A stretch of DNA of 64,000 bases. It comes from Candidatus Hydrogenedentota bacterium. Its GTDB lineage: Bacteria; Hydrogenedentota; Hydrogenedentia; Hydrogenedentales; JAEUWI01. This document shows positions 49,998 to 59,873 of the stretch, in pieces (within the stretch, counting starts at the first letter, position 1; the number at the start of each line of letters is the position of its first letter). The stretch spans positions 34,612 to 98,611 of the forward strand of contig JAXMOL010000026.1 of assembly GCA_034669905.1 (NCBI GenBank), given 5' to 3'. The position numbers and the translations under genes are program-made. The notes beneath the pieces are model-generated. The model had not been told where the DNA came from. It saw only the letters and a list, made by a program, of their open reading frames with translations, and did no database searches.

Positions 49998-51378
49998 TCT
50001 GATCCTGGCGCTGACCAGCGGCCAGGCTTGGGCTCAATTGGAAATTAACTCCTCACCCAATGTGGTGGGGAGTGGTGCCCGTGCCTTGGGTATGGGTAGC
50101 GCGTTTATCGCCATTGCCGATGACGCCACCGCAGCCTCGTGGAACCCGGGCGGACTGACCCAGTTGGAGCGCCCCGAATTTTCGCTCGTGCTCAGTTACA
50201 AACGGAACACGGAAGACTTCGCGTCGTCGTCACGACGGGGATTGAATTTCGACAACACCGTCAGTTTTGAAGAAATCAATTACGCGAGTTTTGTGTACCC
50301 CATTCCGCGCACCATTGGGGGACGGAACCTGGTGGTCAGTCTCAACCTGCTCAAGCAATATGACTTTGAACGGGAACTGGACTTTCGCTTCAACGATGTG
50401 GGCGCCGCGGCGCGGGGCGTCGTGAACCTGGCCGCGCGGTACAAGTACCGCCAGCGCGGAGGGCTCCGCTCTCTTTCACCGGCCTTTGGCTTTGAAATCA
50501 CCGACAAGCTCTCCATGGGCGTGGTGATGAATATTTATGACCAGGATATTCTGCCGGGCAATGAGTGGGAAACGCGCAACAACATCCGTCAGCGCACCTT
50601 CTTCAACGCCATTACCCTGCCCTTTGCGGTCAATCGCATCAGTGAAGACTACCGCGATTTCGATGGCCACAACTACACCATTGGTTTGCTCTACAAGCCC
50701 AATGAGCGCTGGAGTATCGGTGCCGTCTATCACACCAAGTGGAGCGCCGACGTAACCTATCGTCAGAATACCCGCTTCATGAATGGCGCCTTCGTCGGAA
50801 AAACCAACACCGAGCGAAAGCAGGAATACACCTTTCCCAGTGCCCTGGGCCTTGGTGTGGCCTACCGCTTTCCCAACGACAAACTCACCATCTCCTTTGA
50901 TGTGACCCGTCGCGAATGGGATCAGTTCGAGGTGCTGGACCCCGATAACCCGGTGCGGTCCCTCCGGCGCACGTCGGGTGTGACCGGCCAGAATAAGGGT
51001 GTCAGCAAAATCGACCCCACTTACACCGTTCGCCTTGGCGGTGAGTATGTCTTCGTCGACGACTCCAAGCCCAAACAGGACTATTTGCCCAGCCTTCGTG
51101 CCGGTATCTTCTACGACCCCGAGCCCGCCGGTGGCCGCCGGGATGTGTGGTACGGCATCGGTATCAATGGCAAAAGTAAACGCGGAACCGGTGACCCCGA
51201 TGATTTCTATGGCTTCTCCCTCGGTGCGGGTGTCCTGGTGAAAGACCGGATTAACTTGGATATTGCCTACATCTACCGGTGGGGAAACAACGCCCGCAGC
51301 GATACCTTCGGCCTCTTTGGCACCGATGCCGACGTGGATCAGCACAACATTTACGTCTCCACCGTCGTCTACTTTTAA
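49966..51378 (+). CDS. FadL/TodX/OmpP1-like outer-membrane beta-barrel
   Basis: Signal peptide; GARALGMGSAFIAIADDATAASWNPGGL hatch motif; C-terminal Phe. Confidence 0.85.
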   Translation: MRKACLQLLCSLILALTSGQAWAQLEINSSPNVVGSGARALGMGSAFIAIADDATAASWNPGGLTQLERPEFSLVLSYKRNTEDFASSSRRGLNFDNTVSFEEINYASFVYPIPRTIGGRNLVVSLNLLKQYDFERELDFRFNDVGAAARGVVNLAARYKYRQRGGLRSLSPAFGFEITDKLSMGVVMNIYDQDILPGNEWETRNNIRQRTFFNAITLPFAVNRISEDYRDFDGHNYTIGLLYKPNERWSIGAVYHTKWSADVTYRQNTRFMNGAFVGKTNTERKQEYTFPSALGLGVAYRFPNDKLTISFDVTRREWDQFEVLDPDNPVRSLRRTSGVTGQNKGVSKIDPTYTVRLGGEYVFVDDSKPKQDYLPSLRAGIFYDPEPAGGRRDVWYGIGINGKSKRGTGDPDDFYGFSLGAGVLVKDRINLDIAYIYRWGNNARSDTFGLFGTDADVDQHNIYVSTVVYF

Positions 51379-51393
51379 TCCGTTCCAATTTTC

Positions 51394-51435
51394 AAGACGC
51401 GCCCGTCCGCCCATCTGGCAGACGGGCGCGTTTTT
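51394..51435 (+). terminator. Rho-independent terminator
   Basis: acgcgcccgtc/gacgggcgcgt stem followed by a T tract. Confidence 0.8.
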
Positions 51436-51634
51436 CATGTGTTCCACCGACTGCACGTTTTTGAACGGCAAAAAACTTGCAATTGCATCAAAGAATATAA
51501 ATACTGTGGTATAAAATAAAACTGCGCAAGAGATCGGGCATATTCCAGTGTTGTTTACCTCGCTTGACGTACGCCCTGTTGCCTTCGCAGTGCTGGACGG
51601 CATGGCCTTTCGAACACGGGTGAGGAAAAGCGCA

Positions 51635-53467
51635 ATGACCTGGATTCTGGTCTCGAAGGATGGAAGCCGACGTGGGCGCCATTGGGAATTGGGTGCGGGG
51701 CCCTTCGTATTGGGGCGCGCACTGGATTGCGATATCGTTATTGACGATCCCAGTGTATCCCGCCGACACTGTAAACTCGTTATTGAAGGCGATGAAGTCT
51801 GCCTGGAAGACCTCGGCAGTAGTCACCGCGCGCTGCTCAACGGCGAGGCCGTACACAAAGCTGTCATCGGGGCGGGAGATACCCTCTCACTGGGCGCTTC
51901 CACGTTTGTCGTGAGTCGGGGGCAGCACGACGGGGATCGATTTGCCGCCGAAAACACCGATGATGTGACCCTCGACCTGTTTGGTGCAACAGCACACGAC
52001 AGCGTGGTTATTGATGGGCGCCCCCAATCCAATGTCGAATTGGTCCATCTCTTCAAACTGGGGCGTAGCCTGAGCCAGTCCCGGACCCGGGCCGAGTTGG
52101 ACGAAGTCGTCGCCACCCACCTGGAGAGAACGCGCGGCTACGACGACATCGCCCTGGCCCTCATGGGAAAAACAGCAGCCACCCCGCGCTGGTTTCCCGA
52201 AACCGCCAAAACGGACGCCCTCTACCCGAGCATCTTCGAAAAGACCATGGAACGGCAGTCCGCCCTGTTGAACCCCTACCGTACGACCGGAGAAGGGCGG
52301 GGACGGCTCGCCGTGGTGATGGCGGCGCCCATCTGCGTGGGGGGGAGCTGCCTCGGGGTTCTGTTCGCACGGACCACCCCGCGGACGCCCGTGTTTGACG
52401 AAACCGATCTGAACCAGCTTCTATCCGTGGCCCAGGTCATCGCGCCCTACTACCAGACCCTCGACGAAATGGCGACCCTCGAAGAGACCGTCGCCGACCT
52501 CGACGAACAGGCCGGAGAACGGGGACCGCTCCTGGGAAAGAGCCGGGCCCTCAGCAAGGTGCGCGGCCTTATCCGCGATGTGGCCCGCACCAGGCTCAAC
52601 GTCCTCATCACCGGCGAAACCGGCACCGGTAAAGAGCTCGCCGCCCAGATGATTCACCGGGGTTCCGATCGGGCCGACGGACCATACGTCGCGGTGAACT
52701 GCGCCGCCATTCCCGATCACCTCTTCGAAAGCGAAATGTTCGGTCATGAGCGCGGGGCCTTCACCGGCGCCGACAAAAAACGTCAGGGCCGCTTCCCCCT
52801 GGCCGACGGCGGCACCCTCTTCCTCGACGAAATCGGCGAGCTTTCCCCCGAAAACCAGGCCCGCCTCCTCCGCGTCCTCGAAGCCGGCGTCTTCCACGCC
52901 GTCGGCGCCGAAGAGGAATCCCACGCCGACGTCCGCGTCGTCGCCGCCACCAACCGCGACCTCAAGCGCGCCATCCGCGACGGCCGATTCCGCCGCGACC
53001 TCTTCCACCGCATATGCACCGTCGAAATCGCCCTGCCGGCACTCCGCCAGCGCCCCAGCGACATCCCCCTCCTCGCCCAACACTTCGCCAGCGAGCTCGC
53101 CCCCGACACCAAGGGCCCACGCCCCCAACTCACCGAAGACGCCCTCGCCTACCTCCAGGCCCTGCCCTGGTCCGGCAACGTCCGCGAACTCCGCAACGCC
53201 ATCGAGCGTGCCACGGCCCTCGCCAAGGCCCCCCAAATCACCCCCCACGACTTCACCTTCCTCAACAACCTCCTCCAAAACGACCCCGACGACGCCCCGC
53301 CTGTATTCCCCCACCAACGCCTCGCCCCCCTCGCCGAAATCGAACGCAACCACATCACCCACGTCTTAGAGCAATGCAACTACAACGTAAGTAAAGCCGC
53401 CCGCGTATTGGGGATTCATCGGAATACCCTGCACAACAAGATCGCGGAGTATGGTATCGGGGGGTAG
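51635..53467 (+). CDS. FHA-GAF-sigma54 enhancer-binding transcriptional activator
   Basis: FHA GR...SRRH; GAF-like region; Walker A GETGTGKE; GAFTGA; FLDEIGE; WSGNVREL; Fis-type HTH AARVLGIHRNTL. Confidence 0.93.
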   Translation: MTWILVSKDGSRRGRHWELGAGPFVLGRALDCDIVIDDPSVSRRHCKLVIEGDEVCLEDLGSSHRALLNGEAVHKAVIGAGDTLSLGASTFVVSRGQHDGDRFAAENTDDVTLDLFGATAHDSVVIDGRPQSNVELVHLFKLGRSLSQSRTRAELDEVVATHLERTRGYDDIALALMGKTAATPRWFPETAKTDALYPSIFEKTMERQSALLNPYRTTGEGRGRLAVVMAAPICVGGSCLGVLFARTTPRTPVFDETDLNQLLSVAQVIAPYYQTLDEMATLEETVADLDEQAGERGPLLGKSRALSKVRGLIRDVARTRLNVLITGETGTGKELAAQMIHRGSDRADGPYVAVNCAAIPDHLFESEMFGHERGAFTGADKKRQGRFPLADGGTLFLDEIGELSPENQARLLRVLEAGVFHAVGAEEESHADVRVVAATNRDLKRAIRDGRFRRDLFHRICTVEIALPALRQRPSDIPLLAQHFASELAPDTKGPRPQLTEDALAYLQALPWSGNVRELRNAIERATALAKAPQITPHDFTFLNNLLQNDPDDAPPVFPHQRLAPLAEIERNHITHVLEQCNYNVSKAARVLGIHRNTLHNKIAEYGIGG

Positions 53468-53470
53468 GGG

Positions 53471-53489
53471 TTGCACAGGGAGTGTGCAA
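53471..53489. promoter_or_regulatory. Palindromic candidate enhancer (UAS)
   Basis: TTGCACA-N5-TGTGCAA perfect inverted repeat 3 nt after the activator stop; a weaker copy TGCACA-N5-TGAGCA lies at 53695-53711. Confidence 0.5.
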
Positions 53490-53831
53490 TTTGCTGCATG
53501 ATTTAAGGGCGGTCGTTACACCATCAGGGTCCTGATGCTCCCGCTGTAGCCCACTCGAACAGCTCACGACGATACCCATTCTCTCAAAAATTCTCTATTC
53601 GAAATTCACTATTGAAGATTCGAATCGATCCGCCACCAGTTGAGCACGTGCGAACTCGTCTCGTAGGCAATTGTCCGTCGAAATCCTGTTCGAATGCACA
53701 AATGTTGAGCAACTGGACGCCCAACTATTGTGCTGTTATGCGAATCGGTGCGGTGATGTGTTGTGCCAAAACGACCAGTATGTGCTGCTCGCGCAACCCC
53801 AGTCATGAATTTATGACGCTCCCTCGCAAGG

Positions 53832-53848
53832 TTGGTGCGCGACTTGCT
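53832..53848 (+). promoter_or_regulatory. Candidate sigma54 -24/-12 promoter
   Basis: TTGGTGCGCGACTTGCT: GG-N10-GC with TTGC at -12. Confidence 0.55.
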
Positions 53849-53947
53849 TGATACGGGCGAATGTTCAGCACTGCGTTGCCAAGCGAGGCGCGTGGGTTCA
53901 GCCTCATGCTAAAGAAGGCTGGCACAACCAATGGTAAGGGTATTTTT

Positions 53948-56077
53948 GTGAGCAAGACTGTCAATGTGGCTATCCCCATTTTACTCAGCTTCTATCTAGT
54001 CGGATGTGCGTCGATTCCGCGAAGCATCTACCATAAAGGCAGAACGGCGACGCATGTAGTCGGGCGAGAATTACGTGACAATGACAAAGAAAAGTGGGAT
54101 GTCAGTGTGGGGCGAATTACCATGTCGACTCCCCTGTTTCGCCCGGTGAAAGAGGCTAAGACGGGAGAGAAAGGGCCGTTGGACTTCGGTGCCAAGAAGT
54201 CTATTCCGGAATTGTACACCGCGCTACAGAAGTCAGGGTTGGATATCTCCAACGTACAGGCGCGTGTTCGAGAGTTCCAATTGGCAGCGGCACTCCAAGG
54301 GACTCTCTCTACCACTGAGTCAACACAAGAATCAGCCCTTGCGGCTAGTTTGGCTGGGAGTCTTGGCTTGGACGGAAAGGCTACCGGGGGTATTGATCCG
54401 ACAATCAAAGATGTAACGGCGCTCCAGCAGTTACTTGAGAGTGTCCTTAGTTCTGCGGAAATATCGACCGCAATAAGCGCAGCGGCAGAAGGAAAAGGGT
54501 CTGTTTCCAATACGAGCAAGACCACGACGGTTGACGCACCTCCAGAGGTACCCACTGACTTGCCGGACTTGGCCACACTGCCCGATGGCATTGCTGCAAA
54601 AATGGTAGGCCTTCTGGAGCGCTCAGAAGTAGAACGTGTCGTGCCCCAGGCAGACCTGGCTAATTTGGCGGGCTCCCTCGCCGTTCACATGGCGAACATG
54701 GAACAATACTACTTTCCAGGTAGTTGGGTTGGCGATCTGAAGAGTATCAGTTCCGATTGGGCAGCCTACCAGGTGAATTTTAATGTATCTGCCGAGCCCG
54801 GCTGGTATACCCATCTAAATCAGTACGACGGAGTAGTCGAAGCGACTTTCAATCTGCTCAACAAAGAAAGGGGAGCGCCGTTGGAAGGCAGTGTAAAGGT
54901 GCTTTCCGTCGTGCCTTTTGAAGAAGCGCAGGCAATTTCCGAAATCGACGCTGCGCTGGATTCCATGTCGACGGCAGTCAGCTTAAGTGCGGCGTTTCAA
55001 GCGATTGGCATTAAGGGGGCCTACAAGGACCTGCGCCAGCTGACGACCCGCCTCGACGGACTGAGAACCACCAATACCATGAATGTGTCCTATCCGCGCG
55101 AAAATACCGTAGCGATTCGTATGCGGCCGCCAGCGGTACCCAATCGCAACGGTCGAGACCTCCAGCCACGTAGCCGGGTCTTTACGGCAACCATGCTCGT
55201 GCGACAGGATAAGAACGCAAAAGTCGCCGCAGGTAACGGGAGCGCCGACGCTGCCGCGACCGAAGCCGGTTGGGTCGGTGTGTTTAGTGGTGCGCCGAAA
55301 TATGTAGAGAACGAGGCCGAGGCCTGGCAAGGGCTCTCACCAGACTCAAAGGACCTTAGCGCTGTCAAGGAAGTGCCGGCGAGCGCGATTTGTGCCATCG
55401 AGCTTGATACCTATTGGGAACCCACCTTGATGGTTGGCAATTGGCAAGAGTTCCCTTGGCGAAACGGAACGCGCTATTCGAAGCCTTATTTGAAAAAACG
55501 GCTCCGTTCCCATCTTTGTCACTGCGATGGTCGTACGCTATCGCCCAATGTCTGTCAGTATCACCGCATCGATGCAGTGGTACCGCCGGCGCGTGTGGCA
55601 ACGAGTGACGCCCGCAAGAAAGGATTCAAACTTGAATCAGCTGAGGGCGTTTTCTGGAGAGTAGGGAGCATGGCAAAGGCTGCCATACTCGTAAAAACGA
55701 CATCCCCATTGTCGGACGATATGAAATTCTTGGTTGCCGGACATCAGGTAGTCACAAGTGACTTTAATGGACGGGAGGCGCTTATCGCGGTAGATTTGTC
55801 AGGTACCGACTTAGACGAAACGAAACCATTTCCCGTAGCGCTGCTCGTGCTGGGAGGCGACAAGTCGACGGTTGGTCAAATGGTGAAATTGTCGCCACAA
55901 GAGAAACAGAAGGTAGCTGGCACGGGGGCGTCGGAGAAGAGCGTGAAAATCGATGTGAAAAGTCCTGCGGTGACCGCAGAAAAAATTCCACTAAATGTCC
56001 AGACGTTGGAACTTCTGAAAATCCTACTAGGTGAAGAGTTTAGGTTGTTGACGGGGCAAGTTGTTCAACGCGATTGA
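53948..56077 (+). CDS. Hypothetical large lipoprotein
   Basis: Long ORF; lipobox LVGC after a hydrophobic stretch; no family recognised; start uncertain. Confidence 0.65.
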   Translation: MSKTVNVAIPILLSFYLVGCASIPRSIYHKGRTATHVVGRELRDNDKEKWDVSVGRITMSTPLFRPVKEAKTGEKGPLDFGAKKSIPELYTALQKSGLDISNVQARVREFQLAAALQGTLSTTESTQESALAASLAGSLGLDGKATGGIDPTIKDVTALQQLLESVLSSAEISTAISAAAEGKGSVSNTSKTTTVDAPPEVPTDLPDLATLPDGIAAKMVGLLERSEVERVVPQADLANLAGSLAVHMANMEQYYFPGSWVGDLKSISSDWAAYQVNFNVSAEPGWYTHLNQYDGVVEATFNLLNKERGAPLEGSVKVLSVVPFEEAQAISEIDAALDSMSTAVSLSAAFQAIGIKGAYKDLRQLTTRLDGLRTTNTMNVSYPRENTVAIRMRPPAVPNRNGRDLQPRSRVFTATMLVRQDKNAKVAAGNGSADAAATEAGWVGVFSGAPKYVENEAEAWQGLSPDSKDLSAVKEVPASAICAIELDTYWEPTLMVGNWQEFPWRNGTRYSKPYLKKRLRSHLCHCDGRTLSPNVCQYHRIDAVVPPARVATSDARKKGFKLESAEGVFWRVGSMAKAAILVKTTSPLSDDMKFLVAGHQVVTSDFNGREALIAVDLSGTDLDETKPFPVALLVLGGDKSTVGQMVKLSPQEKQKVAGTGASEKSVKIDVKSPAVTAEKIPLNVQTLELLKILLGEEFRLLTGQVVQRD

Positions 56078-56233
56078 CGAACGCCTGCGTTTCTTCCGAT
56101 TTCTTGTGTCTGCCGTTTAGTTTGTGAAAAAAGCTGCTGGGGGAGCGCTGTCCAAGTAAAGTGTTTCTAAGCTTGCCAAGCAGAAAGGCCTACTGGAGCG
56201 AAGCAGAATTGCTCTAAAGGGAGTTCAAGAACA

Positions 56234-57007
56234 ATGAAATTCATACATCTATCCGATATTCATATTGGAAAGTCCAAGAACGAGGAGCGTTTTGCCACGA
56301 TAGTTGACTGGATAGTCGATAATCCCCATGAGCACGAAGCCCATGTCGTCGTAATTACGGGTGACTTGGTCGACGATGGGGCACTGGGCCAGTATCGTGC
56401 GTTCAAACAGCAGAAGGAACGAATGGAAGGTGCGGGTCTATTGGTGCTCACAACGCCTGGTAATCACGATTATGGTTTCAATGGTATATTTGAAAGCTCA
56501 GAATCCATGGCGCGATACCGAGAATTTGCGAGTGGTGGTGTGGGATATCCTAATGTAGTCGAAGTTGATGGGTGTGCATTCATCCTGTTGGATTCGATGC
56601 TCCAAGAAATGATTGACCACGAGATGTGGGGTGCTCAGGGCGAATTAGGGCAACAGCAATTGGCAGACCTGGATAGGATTCTCAATGATATCGAGCAGAA
56701 CCGCCCGGATTTCAGGGTCGTTGTGGCATTGCATCATCACCCGTTTTACTACCGCTACGTAATGACACTTCGTGACAACGCGCGTTTCAAGTCAGTAATC
56801 GCCGATAAAGATAAGGGAGATGCTCGGGTAGACTGCTTGGTATTTGGGCATAAGCACAACGAGCACCGTTTTTCTGACAAGGAGAGGGAATATCATATAG
56901 GGGTCATCTATGCCTCTGGGGCAACGACTGAGCGAGATGACGCGGGGAAACTTGTTGTGCCGGTTGTTGATGTGGCGACAAGTGATATCGTGAGACAACT
57001 GCTTTAA
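56234..57007 (+). CDS. Calcineurin-like metallophosphoesterase
   Basis: SDIH, GDLVDDG, GNHD, HHHP, GHKH; RBS AAGGGAG. Confidence 0.9.
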   Translation: MKFIHLSDIHIGKSKNEERFATIVDWIVDNPHEHEAHVVVITGDLVDDGALGQYRAFKQQKERMEGAGLLVLTTPGNHDYGFNGIFESSESMARYREFASGGVGYPNVVEVDGCAFILLDSMLQEMIDHEMWGAQGELGQQQLADLDRILNDIEQNRPDFRVVVALHHHPFYYRYVMTLRDNARFKSVIADKDKGDARVDCLVFGHKHNEHRFSDKEREYHIGVIYASGATTERDDAGKLVVPVVDVATSDIVRQLL

Positions 57008-57115
57008 AGAGGATGTGCAGCGACCATGTTGGAGCAGCTGGTACTCAATACAACTCGGAATACAGGCGAATCTAGTATTTCACATGTTCGCGTGTTCAAT
57101 ATTAGGATTTGAAGA

Positions 57116-57700
57116 ATGACGGAATCGAAATCTCGCGAAAGGAACGATTTCAGAGAGAAAGTCATGCTGCTTTTTCTCGACAAACTTGTGCTTGGGTTGG
57201 TTGTGGGCATAACTGTTATCTTCATCGGAAGTCGTCAGAATCGAATCGAGAATACCGAGGCGTTGGTTCTTGGGACTATTCAATTTCAATCAGACATTTA
57301 CTTTCAGAGTTTAACGGTGATAGGAGAAAACGTACAAGAACTTTCTAACGTTTTGGATGATTGTGTGGCGAAGGCTAGAGTTGGGAAAGACACTTATACA
57401 AGATTTCGAGTTCGAAAGTTGTCGTTGGAGACTGCGTTGCGAAATCTAGAGGCTTTTCACGGAATCGTCAGCGGAGAATCTAGTAAGGAAGGCTATCAAT
57501 CTGAATTGGAAGGATTAGAATCCGTCGAAGCACTGATTAGGAATTCGGTCGGAGATACTCTGTCAGGTGAGCAGAAAGAACTCTTACAAAGTTCAACTGC
57601 TTCGCTCTTCGCTCTTCATATCGCAACCATAGAGGATAGCAAGCAGAAGGTAGTTGATATGATTAAGAACGACATCGATGCGATTCGTCAGGCGATGTGA
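57116..57700 (+). CDS. Hypothetical protein with an N-terminal TM helix
   Basis: 194 aa; hydrophobic LVLGLVVGITVIFI followed by a helical domain. Confidence 0.6.
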   Translation: MTESKSRERNDFREKVMLLFLDKLVLGLVVGITVIFIGSRQNRIENTEALVLGTIQFQSDIYFQSLTVIGENVQELSNVLDDCVAKARVGKDTYTRFRVRKLSLETALRNLEAFHGIVSGESSKEGYQSELEGLESVEALIRNSVGDTLSGEQKELLQSSTASLFALHIATIEDSKQKVVDMIKNDIDAIRQAM

Positions 57701-57723
57701 TGTCGCTGGAGGGTAAGTGACTT

Positions 57724-58932
57724 ATGAGAAAAATAATTGGAGTGGTTGTTCTATTGTCAAGCGCCTTGTTCGACTCTGCGACCATTGCTGACGAACTACT
57801 TCCCTATTACGCTTTGCGAGAAAGCTGGGCATTGTGTAAGGATGGCAGCGTATGTACATTCATAGCTCCAGGGACGTTCTTGTTCGCCGAGAAGGACAAG
57901 CGCGCGCAACCAATCTCGATCGGAAATGGAAAATATGTTGAGGTCGTGACCCAGGATGGCGTCGAGGCGCGAGTTTGGGAGCCTAGTGTTTCCAAAAACT
58001 CTTGGTTTGAAAATCAGTGGTATGAAGGAAAAGATGTAATTGTTCATTGCGACTTCTCGTTGAGTGCTGACCCGACAGACGTCGACGGGGAGGAAGACAT
58101 AGTTCGCTTTGTGCCAGGCGACGTCTATTCCTCTGAGCTGTTGCACGGGGACGTTGTAATGTTAGTTGGGGCTAGAGATGGTCTTGACCGTCGTGGCTAC
58201 ATTCGAAAGGCTCTTTTCGACGAGCTCTTGCTCAGGGGTTGCTTGACAGACGCGAAACTAGGACATCCGAGATTCACTGTTACGTATCGTCACATAGCAA
58301 GTATAAGCACGCATTGCGGCGAAATGCTCGATGCGCAAGTAGAGATACCGTTGTCGGACTTGGAGAGCTCGGACAAGGCAATGACAGACTTGGCGCTGGT
58401 TCTCAAGCATTTCGAGTTGGGAGATATTTCTCCAGACCAACGTCACTTTTCGCTTCGCAGTGCAATCGGTCAGGAGAACTGGAAGATCGAATATGGGATT
58501 TATGATGTTCAAGCGAGTTCATCAGCAAATGTTCAGGAGGCACATCGAGAATTTTCAGTGCTTTCATCCGTGGTCACAGTATGTCATTCGTCTCCCACCG
58601 GTGTTGAAGATTTAGAATATATAGAGCAGGTGAGACTGAGATTCACAAACGACACTGCAGAGGTGGTGTGGAATTTCTCTGAGGTAGGTCCTCTCAGTAA
58701 AGCCGACAAGAGATTGAGAAAGCTCAGAAAAGATGTTGAGAAGCCATTCTTGTTTAGTCTCAACTCTAGAGATCACTACATACATCTAATGGAACGAATA
58801 TCTGACGATCTTCGCGATAGGAGCCTCGCAGGGTACTTTTTGGCACGGTTTAACGCCAGTGCCAAGTCAAGACATAGGAAGGATTGGGAGAAATCTTATA
58901 CGTACTTTAGTGTGGATGAGGAATCGAAGTAG
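57724..58932 (+). CDS. Hypothetical secreted protein
   Basis: 402 aa; signal peptide MRKIIGVVVLLSSALF; RBS GGAGG. Confidence 0.65.
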   Translation: MRKIIGVVVLLSSALFDSATIADELLPYYALRESWALCKDGSVCTFIAPGTFLFAEKDKRAQPISIGNGKYVEVVTQDGVEARVWEPSVSKNSWFENQWYEGKDVIVHCDFSLSADPTDVDGEEDIVRFVPGDVYSSELLHGDVVMLVGARDGLDRRGYIRKALFDELLLRGCLTDAKLGHPRFTVTYRHIASISTHCGEMLDAQVEIPLSDLESSDKAMTDLALVLKHFELGDISPDQRHFSLRSAIGQENWKIEYGIYDVQASSSANVQEAHREFSVLSSVVTVCHSSPTGVEDLEYIEQVRLRFTNDTAEVVWNFSEVGPLSKADKRLRKLRKDVEKPFLFSLNSRDHYIHLMERISDDLRDRSLAGYFLARFNASAKSRHRKDWEKSYTYFSVDEESK

Positions 58933-59114
58933 CTTTTCTAGTAGGTTGATGCCAGCTAGTTCGTAATGTCACAGGTATGTCTGCACGCTATGGATGTCCA
59001 TGGCGACAGGCACTTCGAACTCCGCACGGGTCTTTGTTAGGCCGGTTCTGGAATCTGGTTAAGTCTACTGGTACCATCTGATACCATCATTCACCTCAGA
59101 GGGTATCCATCGAT

Positions 59115-59708
59115 ATGGCGTCAGAATCTTCTTCCAATCACAGCAGTCCGCATCCCTACGCGACGTATGTCGCAATCGCCCTCGCCCTCGTCGCCCTCCA
59201 GGTCCTCGTGCTCTTCCTCTTCGGCCAACCTCCCATTTCCACCGATGGCCAGGTCAAGCTGTGGGAAGGCGAGGTGCTCAGCGCGGGGAATTCGCAGCAC
59301 TTGTCTGATTGGTATACCTTCTCCCACATCATCCATGGCCTGTTGTTTTATGGGATGGCGTGGGGGATGTTTCGGAAGCAGCCGGTGGGCGTTCGGTTTT
59401 TGATGGCGGTGGGGCTGGAGGCGGGGTGGGAGGTGTTGGAGAACACGCCCATGGTGATTAATCACTACCGGCAGCAGGCCCTGGCGCAGGGCTACACGGG
59501 GGACAGCATCCTGAACTCCGTGTCGGACAATGCGTCCATGATGCTGGGCTTCCTGGTGGCGTGGCGTTTGCCGGTGTGGGTGGTGGTGGCGTTGGGGGTG
59601 GGCCTGGAGTTGTTCGCCGCGTTCATGATTCGGGATAACCTGACGTTGAATGTGATTAACCTGGTCTACCCCTTTGAATTCATCGCGAACTGGCAGTCGG
59701 CGGCGTAA
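59115..59708 (+). CDS. DUF2585 (UPF0314) family membrane protein
   Basis: LWEG...NSQHLSDWYTFSHIIHG, WEVLENTP, GYTGDSILNS, IRDNLTLN. Confidence 0.88.
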   Translation: MASESSSNHSSPHPYATYVAIALALVALQVLVLFLFGQPPISTDGQVKLWEGEVLSAGNSQHLSDWYTFSHIIHGLLFYGMAWGMFRKQPVGVRFLMAVGLEAGWEVLENTPMVINHYRQQALAQGYTGDSILNSVSDNASMMLGFLVAWRLPVWVVVALGVGLELFAAFMIRDNLTLNVINLVYPFEFIANWQSAA

Positions 59709-59781
59709 GTAATTCGGAGTGCGGGTTTTCGTATCCGTTTTTGACGCCGTTCGCTTGATGCACCCCAAGAGGTAGTGACCA

Positions 59782-59853
59782 TTGGGAGCGCAGGCGGCTC
59801 GCCTGCACGGCAGCGCTGTGGAAACTCAGCAGGCGGGCCGCCTGCGCTCCCAA
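59782..59853. repeat. Inverted pair of REP-like palindromes (REPIN-like)
   Basis: ttgggagcgcaggcggctcgcctgc at 59782-59806 and its near-exact reverse complement at 59829-59853. Confidence 0.7.
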
Positions 59854-59873
59854 GCCCGTCGTCCGTTAATATC

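Larger units (their letters stand above)
53490..59100. other. Lower-GC accessory island
   Basis: Visibly more A/T-ending codons than the flanks; mostly orphan genes; no integrase seen. Confidence 0.6.

Noticed and set aside
52421..53394. Overlapping Ser/Pro/Thr-rich and Gly/Val-rich ORFs
   Set aside because: By-products of the extreme C-ending codon skew in the sigma54 activator gene
53919..53935. Second sigma54 candidate CTGGCAC
   Set aside because: The -12 position reads ATGG instead of TTGC, and it lies too close to the likely start codon
56078..59110. Integron cassette array in the island
   Set aside because: No paired RYYYAAC/GTTRRRY attC structures between the genes and no integrase
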